A DNA stretch of 64,000 bases from Eledone cirrhosa (lineage: Eukaryota): assembly GCA_964016885.1 (NCBI GenBank), contig OZ024741.1, positions 160,208,001 through 160,272,000 on the forward strand, given 5' to 3'. The translations under genes and the position numbers were made by a program. Every line of letters starts with the position of its first letter. The first letter of the stretch is position 1. Below, piece after piece: positions 12,094-27,304 of this stretch. The notes beneath the pieces were generated by a model. That model did no database searches. It was not told the origin of the DNA and worked only from the letters and a program-made list of their open reading frames with translations.

Positions 12094-12100
<7 letters not shown>
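11944..12100. mobile_element. TA-flanked small element ending in a 94 bp near-perfect palindrome (12007-12100); same family as 28136-28402
   Basis: TATAAGGAAAAAGGATGAAATCGAAAATGCAACTGGAGTCTTTTTTT followed by its mirror image. Confidence 0.8.
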
Positions 12101-12152
<52 letters not shown>

Positions 12153-12580
12153 CACACACTTGATCGCAAATTCAAGGTGCATATGGATCAGCATCCTACC
12201 ATACCTGTATTTCAAAAGGCCAACCTAGTCTCACAGTGTCAAGCTAAATCTCTCTGAGAATTACCTTAAGTGTACACGTGTCTGTGGAAAGTTCAGATAC
12301 CTACACATTAATCTACGCTGAGCGAACCACTGGAACACTCATCGTCGAAACCCATTTAGACCCATTCCATTTTACTATCGTAAACCAGTTTATAGAAAAA
12401 CACTGGGCCAAATCTTCGATACGTTTCAACCACGAGACATCTTGTAAACAATTTTAATGTGTTGACATCAACTTTAATTCCATTGTCTCGCCATAAATAC
12501 TGCATATATATTTTTAAATATCTGTCCACTTTTTCCGTCTACAAGAGTACTTTTCTCAGTTATTATTTATAGTGATGAAG

Positions 12581-12770
12581 AGCGGTGAATTGGCAGTATC
12601 CGTAGAGGGTTGGACGCCATGCTTTCTAGCATAGTTACGTCCCTTTACAGTCTGAGTTCAAATCCCGCCGAGGTTAACTTTGCCTTTCATCCTTACGGGG
12701 TCGATAAAATAAAGTACCAGTAATGTACTGGGCAATTGCTGGCCTTGTGCCTAAAGTAGAAACAATTATT
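12581..12770 (+). mobile_element. tRNA-derived SINE (family A)
   Basis: TGGCAGTATC..GAGTTCAAATCCCGCCGAGG..GTACCAG..GGCCTTGTGCC. Confidence 0.88.
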
Positions 12771-12803
12771 TATAGTGATCGGCTATTATTATAGGGGTGA
12801 CTA

Positions 12804-13015
12804 AGGCGATGGATTGGCAGTATCGGCAGAGCGTCAGACACCATGCTTTGTAGCATAGAGTTATGGCCTTTTACATTCTGAGTTCAAATCCTGCAGAGAT
12901 TAGCTTTGCCTTTTATCCTTACGGGGTCGATAAAATAAAGCACAAGGGTCGATTTAATCGACTTTCCCCTCCCCTTCAAATTGCTGGCCTTGTGCCTAAA
13001 GTAGAAACAATTATA
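12804..13015 (+). mobile_element. tRNA-derived SINE (family A)
   Basis: Same head, core and tail as the adjacent copy. Confidence 0.88.
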
Positions 13016-14410
13016 GGGGTGACTGCATTTCGAATCATTAATAAGTATAATTTATCCATTTTCCGTTTATATAAACGGTTAAGATGTGTTATAAACAATA
13101 CGAACCACAATGTACGTGGAAACCCCAATTTCAGATGATAGATAATGATGTTCTATTTGGCAATGAGCAGAACAATATGGCTGAAAGCCAATATCTCATG
13201 GATGCGCTCTGCATAATTAATACAGGGTCCTTCTAGCTGGTCATTCAGCTTGCTAGAAATAGCAGCCAAACACCCTCACGTTACACTCCACAGTGTTAGA
13301 AAAGGACACGCTGGAAGGAAAACATGGTTCTGGGTTCCCTTCACATACGGAGCCCTCTCTTCTTCCTATATGCGAGTTTAAAATTTAAAAACAAGCCAAG
13401 GTGATAAATTCAATAAGATCAGTTGATCAAAATGTTTGGCCAATATAGACAATATATATTGGAGTGTATCTGGAATTGACAGCCAACAATTGAAAACAAT
13501 GAACATTTTTTCACTTCGTCAATGAAGCATATTCTACTCAGTTGATAAAACTTAGAACGTTTCCGCTGAAAACGAGCCATCCAAATGCTGAAAAGACTGG
13601 CGATGAGCCCGCGACCAGGGAGGTGTGGTATGGACCAAATATTAACGGTAATAAATACCAAATATATGGCTCAGAAACGTATTCTGTTTAATAATCATAA
13701 CTACAATAGAGTTCCACATATATAATATCGTGTGTTGAAACCCTTAAGCAACAGAAACTACCCAAGCACCTTATAGACAAAATCTCGCTCCATGTGTAAT
13801 TTTAGTTGCCTAAGATGCCGGGTATAGTATCAAACTCAGTATCATATGGTTTCAAAGAGAACTTCCTAACTACACAGCCATGTCTGTGTCTGATATTGAT
13901 TTTACCTTTCTTTCTAAAAAAAGAAAAATACTCATTTTTCGCATTTCCTCATTTATGTTTAAATGACGGTGAATTGGTATCTGTTCTGGCTCTCTGCTCT
14001 CTAAGTTCAAATCCGACTATAATCAACTTTGCCTTTCATCCTTTCGAGGTTGATAAACAAAATACCAGTCCAGTACTGGAAGCATTTCTTTCTCCATATT
14101 GCTTTTTCACTTCCTTTCTACTATCTTCACTCCTTTTCAAGAATAAAATCAGCTATATTCAGGCCTGGAGAGTGATGAGCTCCGCCAGATTTTATACCAC
14201 TACTCTCTCCATACAACTCCATCAGGAGACATGGGTACATACATACATTTATGTTTAGTTTGAAACAATAATGTTCCTAGCTCAACCAAAGATTGTAGGC
14301 GTAAATACATAACATTTACCGGAAGTACGAAAAAGTCTTAAAACTTGGGCGCAGTAGGTGGCAAAATGGGCAGAAGTGAGGATTCCTCTCGAAATAATAT
14401 GAACAATAAG

Positions 14411-14598
14411 AATAATTGTTTCTACTTTTTGGAACAAGGCCAGCAATTACCCAGTACGTTACTGGTACTTTATTTTATCGGCCCCGTAAGGATGAAAGGC
14501 AAAGTTAACCTTGGCGGGATTTGAACTCAGAATGGCAAGGGCCGTAACTCTATACGTCAAAGCATGTCGTCTGACCCTCTACCGATACTGCCAATCTA
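14411..14598 (-). mobile_element. tRNA-derived SINE (family A); a further partial copy at ~14675-14780
   Basis: Reverse complement of the family A pattern, next to (AAT)n at 14614-14672. Confidence 0.85.
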
Positions 14599-14612
14599 CA
14601 ATGAACAATAAA

Positions 14613-14673
<61 letters not shown>

Positions 14674-15772
14674 GTTTCTTATATAGGCACAAGGTCAGCA
14701 ATTTTGGGGGAAGGAGAAAGTCGATTAAATCGACCCTAGTGCGTGATTGTTACTTTATTTTATCGACCCGTAAGGATGAAAAAATAATAACAATAATAAT
14801 AAACATGTGCTTAACTCTGGTTTCTTGGAGTGAAATCCATGAGAAACAAACGTTACTCTGAAGAAGGATATCAGTCTATCTTGAATAATAAAAAAAAAAA
14901 ACGTGCTCAGGAGGCTGGTGCTTATCCTGGTTTCATGGGTGAGAGAACAAAACGCCCCCTAGACAGTGGCCAGTTTATTCCAGGGTTGGCATCCAGCTGG
15001 TACTTGTTTTCATCTGAGTAGGCTGGATCAAACTGAAATGAAGTATTTTGTTCAAGCAAAAGCACAATGCGCCAGCCAGTACAAGAATCGAACACGAGAC
15101 ATTACATATTTAATTCGCACACACTAATCATGAGGCTACGTGCCTTCACCTATTTTGGTTTACATTCTCTAATGATATGTTACCAAGGATTTGAACTCAA
15201 CATCTGTAGGCATTCTTTCGCTTCTACCTTTTATTTATTTAGTTAAATCTCATTTTCTTTCTCACTCCTTTTCTCTCCCTTTCGCTCTCTCCATGAAAAT
15301 TTGTGTATACATACATGTAATATATATATATATATATATGTATGTATGCGTGTAAGTGTGTATATGTGTTTATGTGTATGTGTTAGATTCAATTTTCTTC
15401 AGAACAACATCCACAAAATATAGGAAATAAAGATTACCATTTTATGGATTTCATCACCTTTGTCAGTCCACCCCCTCACTCCTGCCCTACCGTACACACA
15501 GTGACACACATACCCACACACGCACTGGCATACACACATATAGAGGTAATTCTTCCTTGTTGTAGTATGGGTCAGCTGTGATATATGACACCCACCTATA
15601 GATGTTGTAGCGCGGCAAAATGTGTGATTTGTCACTCAACTCAACACCTTCACGTTTCTCACCATGTGTGGGTGTATGTAGATACATACATACATGCCTG
15701 CATACATACATACGTGCATACACACATACATATATACATACAGGTATCTGTTTATTTCTCTCTCTCTCTCCC

Positions 15773-15837
<65 letters not shown>

Positions 15838-15846
15838 GTATGTATA

Positions 15847-15912
<66 letters not shown>

Positions 15913-15919
15913 CATATAT

Positions 15920-15983
<64 letters not shown>

Positions 15984-16989
15984 ATATGATATAATATATA
16001 ATACAATGTAATATAATATATTATGTGTCTACATGTGTATGTACATGTCGCTATCGCTTGTCACATCACGTACCCCCCCCCCCTCCCATACTCTACAACA
16101 CCACACCAGAGCACAGCACTACCACACGCCACCACATTACAACACCAATATAGTTGTCAACAATTTTACACCTTACTATCACTTTGCAAATTCTTGATAC
16201 GGAATCTTAAAAAACAAAACAAAACAAAATTAAACAAACTATCTTTCCTATATTTTCCTGTTTCTTTCTTTTCTTTTCTTTTCTTTTCTTTATGTCTTTC
16301 CTTCTTTCTTTCCTTTTTTCTGTTTTTCGTTCTTACTTTATCCTTCCTTCCTTTCTTTCTGTATATCTTGCTGAACTAACTCCAGCACTGGTGGAAGAGA
16401 GGAAGGGAGGGTGGTGTCTTCAAGTAAGAGCTCGGGCTCAAATACTTACCACAGGATCGACTCTGTAGAGCTACCCAAGTACCAGGGGATGGTGTTAAAC
16501 TGGGCGATGGAGAAAGCCTGCACCCCTCATAAAAGACAACTACTCATATTAATACTCAAAGACGTTACAACTGTGTCCATCTGTCAGTTAAGGTGCATCT
16601 GGGACTAAATTATATAATCTGTGCCTTCTCTCTTTAAGGTGAAGAAATGAGGATCGAAGGAGATTTGTCTATTATTTCTAGCAAGTCGAGAAACCACATA
16701 GAGGTTGTTATCGATGACGGTGCTGGAAGTGTTAGTAGTATTGGCGGCAGTGGTGATGCTAAGAAATTTATGGCGGTGACAATGGCTATGGTTCTAGTTA
16801 TTGAACGGTAATAAGTTGAGGTGGTGCGAAATAAGGATGCTGAGAAAGAAATTAAGCAGTAATTATGCATTGTTGAAGCTTCCAAAACAACTATGTATAC
16901 ACACACACACATATATATATATACACATATATATATACACACACACATACACGCACACACACACACATATATATATATATATGTGTATG

Positions 16990-17036
<47 letters not shown>

Positions 17037-17204
17037 ATAATGGCTTCCATCTGTTTGTTGTGGGCTCGATAACGTTGTTAGAACTCAGTGTAGCTTTAGG
17101 CTGTGAGTCCTATAGTTTTTGTGGTAGGTTCCGACCGCGTAAGTTTCCTCGAAGAAGAATCTGCCCACGTTACAGAGTCATTTATATATGTGTAGGAGTG
17201 TATT

Positions 17205-17458
17205 GAACAATAAAAATAAAACAAAAATTAGAGATAGCTAGTTAATTAGTCAATTGATTTACTATCATTTCAGGGTTTTGATTGATCGTGGTAGATTAAT
17301 ATATCGACAAATATAGTAGTGGTTACCTCTCTATCTGTTTCTAGTCTCGAAATCCCTGATTGATCCAACCTTCGATCAATCAACTCTCTGAAACGATCGT
17401 AAAACAATGAACTAATTAACTACTTATCTCTGACTTTTGTTTTACTTCCATTTTTCAA
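17205..17458. repeat. Degenerate inverted repeat (arms ~17205-17288 and ~17373-17458); related sequence at ~18833-18915
   Basis: AGAGATAGCTAGTTAATTAGT versus ACTAATTAACTACTTATCTCT; TTGATTGATCG versus CGATCAATCAA. Confidence 0.6.
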
Positions 17459-17515
17459 CACACACACACATATCCGTATGTGGTTGACGTCTGGGAGGCA
17501 GGAGTACTCAATACT

Positions 17516-17572
<57 letters not shown>

Positions 17573-17747
17573 AGTATGTATGTATACGTACATACATATA
17601 TGTATACAGACGTACAGTAGTATGTATATATATACATACATACATGCACACATATATATATATGCACGTATCGGTTTACCGAACATTTATTATAACTAAG
17701 AGTGAGAAATGAAATTTCGTTTCATTCTATTCCATTTTTATATATAT

Positions 17748-17984
17748 ATAGGAAAAAGTATGACCCCGACGGCAGAGCTCAAGCCGTTTCGACGGCTATT
17801 TCTGGACTAAATTAGGGATATTTATTCACCAGGCTAAACATTCTAATTTAGTCCAGAAATAGCCGTCGAAACGGCTTGAGCTCTGCCTTCGGGGTCATAC
17901 TTTTTCCTATTTCCCACTCTACTACCCTAAGTATTGAGTACTTTGGTGCGTTATGGTCCATCTGGTTCCTTACCACAATTCCTT

Positions 17985-17990
<6 letters not shown>
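17748..17990. mobile_element. TA-flanked asymmetric inverted-repeat element (68 bp arms at 17748-17815 and 17843-17910, plus an unpaired tail)
   Basis: Arms match with one mismatch. A related fragment lies at 60727-60773, also in (TA)n. Confidence 0.8.
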
Positions 17991-18047
<57 letters not shown>

Positions 18048-18057
18048 CTTCTACAGG

Positions 18058-18095
18058 ACTAGAACTGTTTCATTCGTGAGAAATCATCAGGAACC
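18058..18095 (-). ncRNA. Degenerate hammerhead core between (TA)n tracts
   Basis: CTGATGA-TTTC TCAC GAAT-GAAA-CAGTT. Stem I is poorly supported. Confidence 0.4.
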
Positions 18096-18304
18096 CCCGA
18101 TTGAACCTGGAATAACTTATATATATATATATATATATTTATATGGCTGGGTTTACCTGCCGCAATTTTCAATTTGTCAAGCTGTCTAAACGTATGTTAT
18201 TACTGTAAGGCCCGACCTTATTGAGTGCTTTGCTACTCATTCCTAATCGTAGGTCGCTTTGCTTGACCGCAGCCAAAGCTTTGATTTTACTGAGCTTCCA
18301 CTTG

Positions 18305-18339
<35 letters not shown>

Positions 18340-19558
18340 AGAGAGAGAGGGGGTGGGATGGATGTAGAGAGAGAGAGATCCGGGATGACAGATGATATAT
18401 ACAGAGCCGGGATGACAGATGATAACTTTAAGGAGTTCAGCTATTTATTTACTTCTGGATTTATTTACTGGTTTCTCCCCCTTAAAAGGGTCCTTTCTGA
18501 TAACTTACCTCTCCCATCATTCGTTATAGTGATTTTTTTCTACATATATTTTATTTCTACTAAAAAAAATTTTACTAGTTTTTTTTTCCTCCGCTTGTTT
18601 TTACACTTGTATTTCCTCTTTGGTTGTTGAATCCTTATATTCATTCTTTTATCTTTATCATTTGTCCATTTTTCTCGGTCTTTGTATCCAGTTGATGTGT
18701 TTCAGCCTCCTTATATATCTTACAAATAAAGATTGTAGTTCATTGTTTCTGAGGAGAATGGTGAGATTATCTAGGTTATAAAGGCTAGTAATATGTTGGT
18801 GCATAACCACTATCAATTAGTCGATATATTATAATCAATCAACCCTCTGGAACGACCGTAAAATTTGAACTAATTAAGCGCCTATCTTCGCTTTTTGGTT
18901 TATTTTCATTGTTCATAACACTCTCTCACACACACACACATATATATATATAGGTGTGTACGTGTATATGTGTGAATGTGTGTGAATATACATGTGCGTG
19001 TATGCGTATATGAATGTATGGATGGATCGGTCGATGGGTCGATGGATGTGTGTATATTTGTATGTAGATATGTAAGTATGTATGCATGTATGTAAGTATG
19101 TATGTATGTACATATGGCTGGCTGGCTGGATCTGTGTATATTTGTATGTAGACATGTATGAATGTATGAATGTATGAATGTATATATGTATATATATATA
19201 TGTATGTATGTATGTTTGTATGTATGTATGTATGTATGTATATTTGTATGTATGGATGGCTGGATGTATGTGGATGTGTGTGTAATTTATTGCTGTTGAT
19301 CTTGTAGCTTTAAAGGAATGGAAGTGGGATTAACGATAGATCGATAACTGTATTTGACAAAGGTGAAACTGGTAATATCGGTATAATTGGAGGGAGATGG
19401 GAGTGATTGGAGGAAGAGGTTGGTAACGAGGTGGGCAGGGGTGTCATAGAGATGCTGAGACAGTCGATATACCGATAGATAAATCAGCCTCAGAACTGAC
19501 ACGAAACAAATGTCATCGAAATAGTTATATCATGTATGTATATATGTATGAATATATG

Positions 19559-19594
<36 letters not shown>

Positions 19595-19721
19595 TATATG
19601 TATGAATATATGTATGTATGTATGTATGTATGAATATATGTATATATGTATGTATGTATGTATGTATATATGTATGAATATATGTATATATGTATGTATG
19701 TATGTATGTATATATGTATGA

Positions 19722-19754
<33 letters not shown>

Positions 19755-19811
19755 TGTATGTATGTATGTATGTATGTATGTATGTATGTATGTATGTATG
19801 TATGTATGTAT

Positions 19812-20012
19812 GGAGATCTCTCTGCACTTGTCGTCACATGGTACCATGGGCCCAGCACTATGTGTCAATAATTGTCACAAGTGTAGTGTTTGTACCAGAG
19901 TTTTCAAGTCGCTGGCTGGTCTGAAAAGTCACACTCGTTCAGCGCATCGGTAGGGGTTCTCCTACATGGATATAAAGTAGTGGCCGTACTCGAAAACGAG
20001 TTGGCAGCCACC
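19812..20012 (+). mobile_element. (ATGT)n-tailed retroposon, 5'-truncated
   Basis: Near-identical to the 3' 200 bp of the full copy. (ATGT)n on both sides. Confidence 0.9.
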
Positions 20013-20333
20013 ATGTATGTATGTATGTATGTATGTATGAATATATGTATGTATGTATGTATGTATATATGTATGAATATATGTATGTATGTATGTATGT
20101 ATATATGTATGTATGTATATATGTATGTATGAATATATGATATGTATATATGTATGTATATATATATGTATGTATATATGTATGTATATATGTATGTATG
20201 TATGCATGTATATATGTATGAATATATGTATGTATGTATCTATGTATGTATGTATGTATGTATATATGTACGTATGTATATATGTATGTATGTATATATG
20301 TATGAATATATGTATGTATGTATATATGTATGA

Positions 20334-20366
<33 letters not shown>

Positions 20367-20483
20367 TGTATGTATGTATGTATGTTTGTATATATATATG
20401 TATGTATGTATATATGTATGTACATATGTATATATACATACATATATACATAGATACATATATATATATACATACGTACATAT

Positions 20484-21026
20484 ATGTCTCATGGTCGGGT
20501 CGTTGGCGACTAAACTGGCAACCCCACCAAGGTTTCTTGGTGAGGAGGGTGACTTTGGACATCCTGCAGGACTAAAAACAAAACCTGTCAAAGGGCAAAA
20601 GAGCTCTTAAGAGTCAATGGCCATCCAAAATCACCGGGAGAGATGACCCCTTAGCCTTTGTCAAGGCAGAATTCTAGGAGCAGGAAAACTCTGATATAAC
20701 ACCTGCAACTCTGATGATATCCAATGATGTTGACTTGTTCTTCTTTTTGGTAAATATCATCTGGGTTAAGAGAGTGGGACTGGCTTTGTGCAGTGCCTTT
20801 GCTCACTATAAAAGCTTCACGGCACAGGCATTGCTTTATATCTGGAGATCTCTCTGCACTTGTCGTCACATGGTACCATGGGCCCAACACTATGTATCAA
20901 TAATTGTACCAGAGTTTTCAAGTTGCTGGCTGGACTAAAAAGTCACACTCGTTCAGCGCATTGGTAGGAGTTCTCCTACATGGATATAAAGTAGTGGCCG
21001 TACTCGAAAAAGAGTTGGCAGCCACC
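20484..21026 (+). mobile_element. (ATGT)n-tailed retroposon, nearly full length
   Basis: Colinear with 58496-59058, with a small internal deletion. Confidence 0.9.
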
Positions 21027-21311
21027 ATGTATATATGTATGTATTTATGAATATATGATATGCATATATGTATGTATATATGTATGTATATATGTATGTA
21101 TGTATATATGTATGTATGTATATATGTATATACGTATATATATATATATGTACGTATATATGTATGTATATATGTATATATGTATGTATGTATATATGTA
21201 TGTATCTTGTCTCTCTCTCTCTCTGTAACAATCACACGCATACATACACACGCACACGCATGCACACGCACACGCGCACACAAATGCACACACACACACA
21301 CACACACACAC

Positions 21312-21367
<56 letters not shown>

Positions 21368-21450
21368 ATATATACATTACCATTCTAATCAATGTAAGGT
21401 AGGACATATTAAGGATTAATTAAATGCCATACCGTGTTTCGTCTATTTTC

Positions 21451-21612
<162 letters not shown>

Positions 21613-22029
21613 AAAGATAACAAGGACGATTGGTTACTCCTTCATTACATTTATTGGTAGGTGACGCGCGTTTTGCCACTGATCAGCTCACGGTTCGATC
21701 CGTATCGATCTTACCCGACTCTATAATCCGGAGATCGACGGACTCTTTAAAATGGTAGTAGAAACGTCCTTGTTATCTTTTCAATATAATACACTCTGTA
21801 TAGCTCTACACCTCGACACAGAAGTGAACCTGTGCTCACCCGGGTGAACCTACAGTAACTCCAAGTTTCACTCCCTGGATATATATATACATATATATAT
21901 ATACATACATATATATATATATATATATTTGGTTAAACAATGAAAATATATATATACATACATATATATATACATATATATATGTGCGTGTATATATATA
22001 TATGTATGTATATCCATACATTGATTAGG

Positions 22030-23382
22030 TAGTATTCTCTGACTCGTGTGAGCCGAGTGGCCTGGATCTCAGGAAAGGCACCTAAGCAGGGGCAATCCGG
22101 AGTGATAATCCTAATTTTCAAAAAGAAGACCAGAGAGATTGCTTCAATTATAGAGAGACCTCATTGTTCAGCCTTCCCAGTAAAGTCTATCTTAAGTGTC
22201 TGGTAAAGAGATGTCGAGGGAGATTGTCGAGTCCAAGCTAGCTGATGAACAGTGTGCTTTTCGGCCCAGACGCAGCACAGCCGACTAAATATTCACACTG
22301 TGGCAGGTCTTTGCGAAATCGTGGGAATACAACCAAGCAGTATATTCTTACTTTGTAGACCCCGAAAAGGCATGCGACCGCATTCTACGGGACCGGCAGT
22401 GGAAGGTTCTGCAGGAGTATGGGATAGATGGTCAACTTCTTATTGCCCTATATTTGTGTTCGGATAATTGGGGCTAAATCGAAACAATTCAATGTGGGAG
22501 TCAGATTCCGCCAAGGCTACTTACTGTTCATTATTTTTACGAATAAGATTGACATGCGCAGCAAGGCTGGAAGTAGTATCACGACTGAAAGGTATAGAGT
22601 CTGTCGGCTGTAATTTGCAGGTGACATGGTATTACTTAACAGAAGGTGATCACTTCCATGCACTTGATAGATTAGATGCCAAGTTCAGCATGGCTGGAAT
22701 GAAAATCAGTGCTGCGAAGACCGAGAAACTCGTCCTCTTAAGGAAGCAAGCCTGCGCTGTGCAGTCTACATGTGCATGGAGTTCCCCGAAGCAGGTGGAG
22801 ATGTTCAAGTATCTCGGGGCCGCGTTCACACGGGATGAAAGGCAGGAGGCTGAATTAAGAGCAAGACTTGCAGGAGCTGGTGCAGTAATGCACCAGTTTC
22901 AGCTTTCTGTAATCTGGGGAAGGTGGGTAGGCATAAAAACCAAAATCGCGATCTTCAATTCAGTATCAGTGCTATGGTCATGAATCTTTGATAATCGCCG
23001 AAGGAATACAATCGCGAACACAAGCGGCCGAAATAGGGTTCCTTCGAAGGGTTTTTGGAATAACGTTACTTGATAGAGTGTGTGGGTCCGACGCCAGAGG
23101 GTCACTTCATGTAGAGCCGATACTTTTCCGAATTGAAATATCACAGCCATATTAAAGCCAAGTGGTTAGAATTTCTCAGGAATGAATTGCTGGACAGATT
23201 TTACGGATACAACTAACCGGCAGGAAACCCAGAGGTAGACGCCGAGCAAGATGGTTGGATGACATCCAGGAGCTCGGCTGGTCTCGCTTGGGGTTCGAGC
23301 CGGATCAGTAGGAAACGGTTGCTACTGACAGGTCCCACTAGTAAGAGTGTTTGAGGACTCTAGCCTCTCAGTATTAAATTGG
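22030..23382 (+). pseudogene. Decayed RTE-clade LINE reverse transcriptase fragment, followed by (GAA)n at 23383-23524
   Basis: Frameshifted RT remnants: IFKKEDQRDCFNYR, EQCAFRPRRSTAD, GMKISAAKTE, QVEMFKYLG, GRKPRGRRRARWLD. Multiple stops. Confidence 0.85.
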
Positions 23383-23578
23383 CGAAGAAGAAGAAGAAGA
23401 AGAAGAAGAAGAAGAAGAAGAAGAAGAAGAAGAAGAAGAAGAAGAAGAAGAAGAAGAAGAAGAAGAAGAAGAAGAAGAAGAAGAAGAAGAAGAAGAAGAA
23501 GAAGAAGAAGAAGAAGAAGAAGAAGCCATCTTGGCTACGATGAAATCGCTGCATGCATACATACATGCATACATACAT

Positions 23579-23974
23579 GGTGGCTGCCAACTCGTTTTCG
23601 AGTACGGCCACTACTTTATTTCCACGTAGGAGAACCCCTACCAATGCGCTGAACGAGTGTGACTTTTTAGTCCAGCCAGTGACTTGAAAACTCTGGTACA
23701 AACACTACACTTGTGACAATTATTGACACATAGTGCTGGGCCCATGGCACCATGTGATATCTCCAGATATAAAGCAATGCCTGTGCCGTGAAGCTTTTAT
23801 AGTGAGCAAAAGCACTGCACAAAGCCAGTCCCACTCTCTTAACCAAGATGATATTTACCAAAAAGAAGAACAAGTCAACATCATTGGATACCATCAGGGT
23901 TGCAGGTATTATATCAGAGTTTTCCTTCTCCTAGAATTCTGCCTTGACAAAGGCTAAGCGGTCATCTCTCCCGG
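23579..23974 (-). mobile_element. (ATGT)n-tailed retroposon, 5'-truncated
   Basis: Reverse copy flanked by (ACAT)n on both sides. Confidence 0.9.
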
Positions 23975-24332
23975 ACATACATACATACATACATACATAC
24001 ATACATACATACATACATACATACATACATACATACATACATACATACATACATACATACATACAGACTGGTAGACTGGCATACTGACAGCCTGGTAAAC
24101 AGGCAGGCATACATACACACACACATACTAAAACGTCTCTTATTGTTCTGGAAAGTCTTTAACCATAACCTCTTGCAGAGAATTCTGAGTGTGAAGGGAA
24201 ATTTCCTCTTGTTTTTATGCAGGAAATAGAAATATTTATTTTCCGATTAGATTCTACAGCAATGCTGTGAAATGTTATAATTTCTTTTTATAGTGAGGTA
24301 AGAAGGATAGGGAAACAGCCAAAAAAGTAGTG

Positions 24333-24369
<37 letters not shown>

Positions 24370-24639
24370 CTATATTTTCGTGTGTTTCTATTCCCCATGT
24401 GTATTGCTCCCTACCTTTATTTCGTTTCTCATTTCCCGTTACCGCACTCGTCCTTAACACAGTTAAGTGAATTGTAGATATGTTAAAGTAAGCCATGATT
24501 GAATAAAACAGACGACAAAAGATTTATATGGCGGCAGATAGCGGTGAGGGTCACGTGTTTAATGTAATGGCGCGAAGCCAGCCTAAGCAACGCTGCGTTA
24601 GATAAAATTACTTGGCAAAAACACTCATACAAACACTAA

Positions 24640-24683
<44 letters not shown>

Positions 24684-24832
24684 CATACAAAAATATATGC
24701 ATATATGCATCGATATATATACAAAAAGGTTTATATATATATATATATTTATATATATATGCGTGTTTGTATATATATATATATATATGTGTGTATATAT
24801 ATATATATGTATCTGTTCATGTATGTATATGT

Positions 24833-25032
24833 NNNNNNNNNNNNNNNNNNNNNNNNNNNNNNNNNNNNNNNNNNNNNNNNNNNNNNNNNNNNNNNNNNNN
24901 NNNNNNNNNNNNNNNNNNNNNNNNNNNNNNNNNNNNNNNNNNNNNNNNNNNNNNNNNNNNNNNNNNNNNNNNNNNNNNNNNNNNNNNNNNNNNNNNNNNN
25001 NNNNNNNNNNNNNNNNNNNNNNNNNNNNNNNN
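24833..25032. other. Assembly gap (200 N)
   Basis: Run of N. Confidence 1.
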
Positions 25033-25078
<46 letters not shown>

Positions 25079-25230
25079 GAGAGAAAGAGAGAGAGAGAAG
25101 AGGGAAAGCACATAAGCGTCTCTTTAATATCACTTCACAAGATGCCGGAACCTATTCCCACAAGATGCCCATCAGTTCTGAGCTCCTTAAGTGAGACACC
25201 AAATAACAAACATATTCCAAAGGAACCTTA

Positions 25231-25274
<44 letters not shown>

Positions 25275-25338
25275 CATACGTATGTACGTATGTATGTAGT
25301 AGTACATACGTATGTATGTATGTATGTACGTATGTATG

Positions 25339-25376
<38 letters not shown>

Positions 25377-25387
25377 CCTCTCTCTCT

Positions 25388-25671
25388 CTTGGTTAAGAGA
25401 GTGGGACTGGCTTTGTGCAGTGCCTTTGCTCACTATAAAAGCTTCACGGCACAGGCATTGCTTTATATCTGGAGATCTCTCTGCACTTGTCGTCACATGG
25501 TACCATGGGCCCAGCACTATGTGTCAATAATTGTCACAAGTGTAGTGTTTGTACCAGAGTTTTCAAGTCGCTGGCTGGACTAAAAAGTCACACTCGTTCA
25601 GCGCATCGGTAGGAGTTCTCCTACATGGATATAAAGTAGTGGCCGTACTCGAAAACGAGTTGGCAGCCACC
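25388..25671 (+). mobile_element. (ATGT)n-tailed retroposon, 5'-truncated
   Basis: Matches the 3' ~280 bp of the family. Confidence 0.9.
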
Positions 25672-26244
25672 ATGTATTATGTATGAATGTATGTATGTCT
25701 GCATGCATGTATGCATGTAAGTATGTACGTATATGTGTGTGTATGTATGTTTGTGTGCGTATGTGCGTGTGTGTGCGCGTGTGTCATGTTTGTGAAATAT
25801 TTCCAAGAACTCACTCAAAATTTTAGCTTTACAATACACTATCTTAACGGCTCACGACCCAGCGGAAGAGATTCTATAATGTCGCTTGATCTGTCAAATC
25901 GCCTTCAAATAACATCCTACATTCAAATCTTTTTGATCTATATATTAGAGATAGCAATCATACCCTACAATCGGCGACAGACCTAGGTTTCGCTGCTCGA
26001 CAAGCTGAAGATAACAAGCTGTTGAAGTTTCAAATAAGTTTATCGGTGAACCTATAATTGTGGAGAATTCTGGCGTTCTTCGTTCCCGTACAACCACCAT
26101 CGGTGAGCACTGCGAGTTAGAATGGCTATTTCAACGCGTGTTGTCGCTATCCTTCTAGGTAACGCTTTCTCCATTTTCTCCTCTGGAACCACGAGGCGTT
26201 CTGCACGCCAGAGTGCATTCTCCGACATTGTCTGAGCTTGTCAG

Positions 26245-26364
<120 letters not shown>

Positions 26365-27085
26365 ATATAGATAATATAAGGTGCACGACGTTTGATAAAA
26401 ATATTCGCGACCGTCATGTTGAAAGATTTTGGGGCATAGGTCTACTCTAGCAGAATTACACAGGAGCCTTGATCAATAACAAGGAAAAACCCTTAACTCC
26501 CAATGGAATCGTTCGGGTACTGTAGTGACATACGACTTGTCTTGGGCATTTTAAACCTGGTTGAGCCCATCCCTCTCCACATTTAAATACAACCGATTTC
26601 TTCCAGACAGAGAAGAAGAAAGTAGGAGAGAGTAAGTAAGACAGAAATATTCCAAAACCCTCTCTTTTTCTGGAATATTCGACCACTCTTTAAGTCACGA
26701 GTTGAACATTCAGTTGATCGAACACAAGAATACGTATCGTCAAAATCGACGAGGAATGATTCTTCTATTAGCTACCCTCGAATATTAGTTAGTACAAAGG
26801 AAGCCACATACTGTGGCCGTTTTAGCAAGCAACATACAAGACAACAATAAGCAGTCTAGAACAATACATTATTGATAACAGAAAGCAAAGGATATAATAA
26901 TGTCTGGCCCGCCCCTTAGGATTTTTTACCAAAATATATTTAAGATATTATTTTAGCAATCGACTGTTGTTCGTTATTTTCTGCGTTTGGGATTCCTACA
27001 TTTTCTAAAGAATTTCAAATCACCCAGCGTGTGTATACACATACACACGCACGCACAAACATGCACACACACATACACATACACA

Positions 27086-27188
<103 letters not shown>

Positions 27189-27304
27189 GACGTGTGTGTG
27201 TGAGGGGGGGGGGGGGTACACAGAAATAACAAAAATAACAAAACAAACGGCACAGTACATGGAAGAAAAATATTAGTTTAACGCTTGAAATAGCAGGAAG
27301 GGAG

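Noticed and set aside
16411-16608. 65 aa ORF in unique sequence as an upstream Gfi exon
   Set aside because: No SNAG or other recognisable motif and no convincing splice donor.
19287-19502. 71 aa ORF as a possible Penelope ORF fragment
   Set aside because: Too short and has no diagnostic motif.
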